Of a stretch of DNA of 28,177 bases, positions 26,316 through 28,177 are shown piece by piece. Under the pieces are notes generated by a model. That model did no database searches, was not told the DNA's origin, and saw only the letters and a list, made by a program, of their open reading frames with translations. This DNA comes from Planctomycetota bacterium (GTDB taxonomy: Bacteria > Planctomycetota > UBA1135): NCBI GenBank assembly GCA_045047305.1, contig JASFYO010000056.1, positions 1 through 28,177 on the forward strand. Reading direction: 5' to 3'. How positions within the stretch are numbered: position 1 is the stretch's first letter; the number at the start of each line of letters is the position of its first letter. A program made the position numbers and the translations under genes.

Positions 26316-28177
26316 TTGCCTCAATATATTAGGTTCCAAGCATATTCCTCCTGCTACACATCCCCAAGCCGATTCGATTCCTTGCAAACTCTAAATTCCA
26401 CAACTGATCCTGATCTGGATAAACCTGCGGCCAATTACCTTTCAATTCTTCTCGGACAACTTCCACTCTCCGTAGCAGAAGCCAAGGTTGTATTACGCTT
26501 ATCCCATGCGCTCGGCAAAGCCTTTTTTTCAATCCAAGATTTCCTCAAACTTGATGTAGAAGCTCTTGAGAAACTTGACGGGATTGGGGTTGGCTACCTT
26601 GATCGGATTGAACGATTGCAGCAAAGGATCCCAACCTTAGGATTGCGGCATTGGGCTGCACTTGGCCATGCAGAATCCAAGCAACTTCAAATTCTTGAAG
26701 CCAAATTGACTGCCCCCATGAGGAAATCCTTGGAGAAACTCAAACGCTGTGCTGACCGCGAACCATCCTCCATGACTTCTGCTGCATCCTTACTCGAAAT
26801 TAATTATGACGCACTAGAACTGGAAAGTAGTTGGGGAGGAATAACGGTATCGCCCTTGCGCGAACTCTGCCATGCCATTTGTCAAAGACTAGGAGGAATG
26901 CTATCGGAAGAAGCGGAATGTTCCCTCCCCCCATTCTTTCTTGAAGAAATAGATTTCAGCACTGCTGCTAAAATTGACGCTTATCTCGCCTCCTCGATTC
27001 CATCCTTTCTCGATGGGCTAAAAAACCCACGTTCTAAACTTGTTTTAGAAGCCCGCATGGGCATTTCTCGCGAAAGAGCGACTCTAGAAACTGTAGGCTC
27101 TCTGATTCATGAAGCAGGATGGTCAAAAGAGAAAATTACTCGCGAACGTGTACGACAGATAGAGCAAAAGGAAAGGGATCTACTTTATGGCTCCCTCCAT
27201 GTGCCATCAAAGGATGTAGTTGCAGCCGCAAACCCGAATCCCACTTCCAAACCAGCCGACTTTCTGCCCCAAACAGCCGCATTATTCCATAGCAATGAGC
27301 TGTTTTTAGACTTCCTTGCCGATTGGTCGGGGAAATCAAAGGATGACCTACGCAAACAAGAAACAGAGGGGGTTTTTCGATCTCTGTTCCCGCTGTTCGA
27401 AACCGTTTGCGGACCTTATTCCAAAAACACCTTGGTAGAGAATCTGCGCGAAGCGGAAAAGGATTCTGAGGAAAACTGTCGTGAAAAGATTCGGCTCATG
27501 GTGCAAGAGGGACTTTTGCATCAGTCTCCGGGGGGTGCTTTGACGCCAGTGCGTTTGCCCGTGCGCATTGCAGTACCCAATTTTTATTTGGAGACCGATT
27601 CCGGCCTGCATTGGGCCGAGGCCATGGAATACATGGAGGAAGCCGATTCCTTAAGCGAGCCATTCCCCGCCGAAAGAGCATTTCAAGTCAGAGTTCAGAG
27701 TCACCCACAGCTTTATTATTGTGGTCCTCCCGGCACCTATCGTCATCGTAAATACCATCAACTTCCGGACTCTTCTGCCCTTCCCTGGATTCGCTTCGTA
27801 AAGTCACGCCTTGGCGAAAAGGCCGAAAACCTCCGTTATTGGTTCCACAAACAAAACCTTTATGGAGTCGTGGACTATCATGAACTTCGTGACATCATCA
27901 ATCGTCTAGGTGAAAAGGAAGGACTTTATTTCTGGGGTCAATCACGTCGCGAAACACTCGCCTTAGACCCCAACGCTGCCTCCGTGCCCAACGATGCCGT
28001 AATCATTGACTTTCTCGAGACCGAAGCGCGCCCCTTAACTCGATTAGAGATTCACCAAGGACTGCCTTTCATCGAGGATTCGACTCTCGACATGCAACTC
28101 ACCGAATTAACTCAGGCTGGTCGGATTCGCAAAACCGATTTGAGACATTGGACTGCTGTACGATTGGGTGAGGCGGC
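26316..28177 (+). CDS. Large protein with RNAP alpha-CTD-like (HhH) and sigma70 region-4-like HTH domains; runs off right edge
   Basis: Not in the ORF track because no stop falls in the window. Manual translation is open for about 620 codons from TTG 26316 (alternative TTG 26382). It contains IQDFLKLDVEALEKLDGIGVGYLDRI and LVLEARMG..ATLETVG..ITRERVRQIEQK. Confidence 0.78.
   Translation, partial: MPQYIRFQAYSSCYTSPSRFDSLQTLNSTTDPDLDKPAANYLSILLGQLPLSVAEAKVVLRLSHALGKAFFSIQDFLKLDVEALEKLDGIGVGYLDRIERLQQRIPTLGLRHWAALGHAESKQLQILEAKLTAPMRKSLEKLKRCADREPSSMTSAASLLEINYDALELESSWGGITVSPLRELCHAICQRLGGMLSEEAECSLPPFFLEEIDFSTAAKIDAYLASSIPSFLDGLKNPRSKLVLEARMGISRERATLETVGSLIHEAGWSKEKITRERVRQIEQKERDLLYGSLHVPSKDVVAAANPNPTSKPADFLPQTAALFHSNELFLDFLADWSGKSKDDLRKQETEGVFRSLFPLFETVCGPYSKNTLVENLREAEKDSEENCREKIRLMVQEGLLHQSPGGALTPVRLPVRIAVPNFYLETDSGLHWAEAMEYMEEADSLSEPFPAERAFQVRVQSHPQLYYCGPPGTYRHRKYHQLPDSSALPWIRFVKSRLGEKAENLRYWFHKQNLYGVVDYHELRDIINRLGEKEGLYFWGQSRRETLALDPNAASVPNDAVIIDFLETEARPLTRLEIHQGLPFIEDSTLDMQLTELTQAGRIRKTDLRHWTAVRLGEA

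Noticed and set aside
1..28177. tRNA-Sec, sel genes, CRISPR array or rRNA
   Set aside because: No cloverleaf, SelA/SelB/SelD-like ORF, spaced repeat array or rRNA-like sequence was seen by eye. Any Sec machinery would have to lie outside this window.

Overview
Bacterial genomic window, densely coding and mostly on the - strand. Gene content (DUF1080 proteins, Tat-exported Gfo/Idh/MocA, ECF sigma plus VWA, carboxypeptidase-regulatory repeat protein) suggests a Planctomycetota/PVC-type organism; this is inference. The main result is two probable selenoprotein genes that the ORF track splits at in-frame UGA codons. (1) 16186..17094 (-) is one 302-aa exported protein with two UGAs, both at catalytic Cys positions: a thioredoxin-like VPG-U-VG-C motif and an MsrA-like GMS-U-FW motif. 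(2) 20420..21352 (+) is a 310-aa exported thioredoxin-family protein with APW-U-GW-C. Each UGA is followed by a hairpin with AGUU in its loop, and two are perfect stems closing G-AGUU-C, a candidate lineage-specific SECIS. The rest of the window holds a DUF1080/beta-propeller/cytochrome c cluster, an ECF sigma/VWA anti-sigma pair, adenosine deaminase, HAD and serine hydrolases, an MBOAT gene with two SGNH-like partners, DUF819, an SDR, an SRPBCC protein and a class-I disulfide oxidoreductase. At the right end are an IS3-family scar and an ORF missing from the track (alpha-CTD-like plus sigma70 region-4-like) that runs off the edge. No rRNA, tRNA or CRISPR array was seen.
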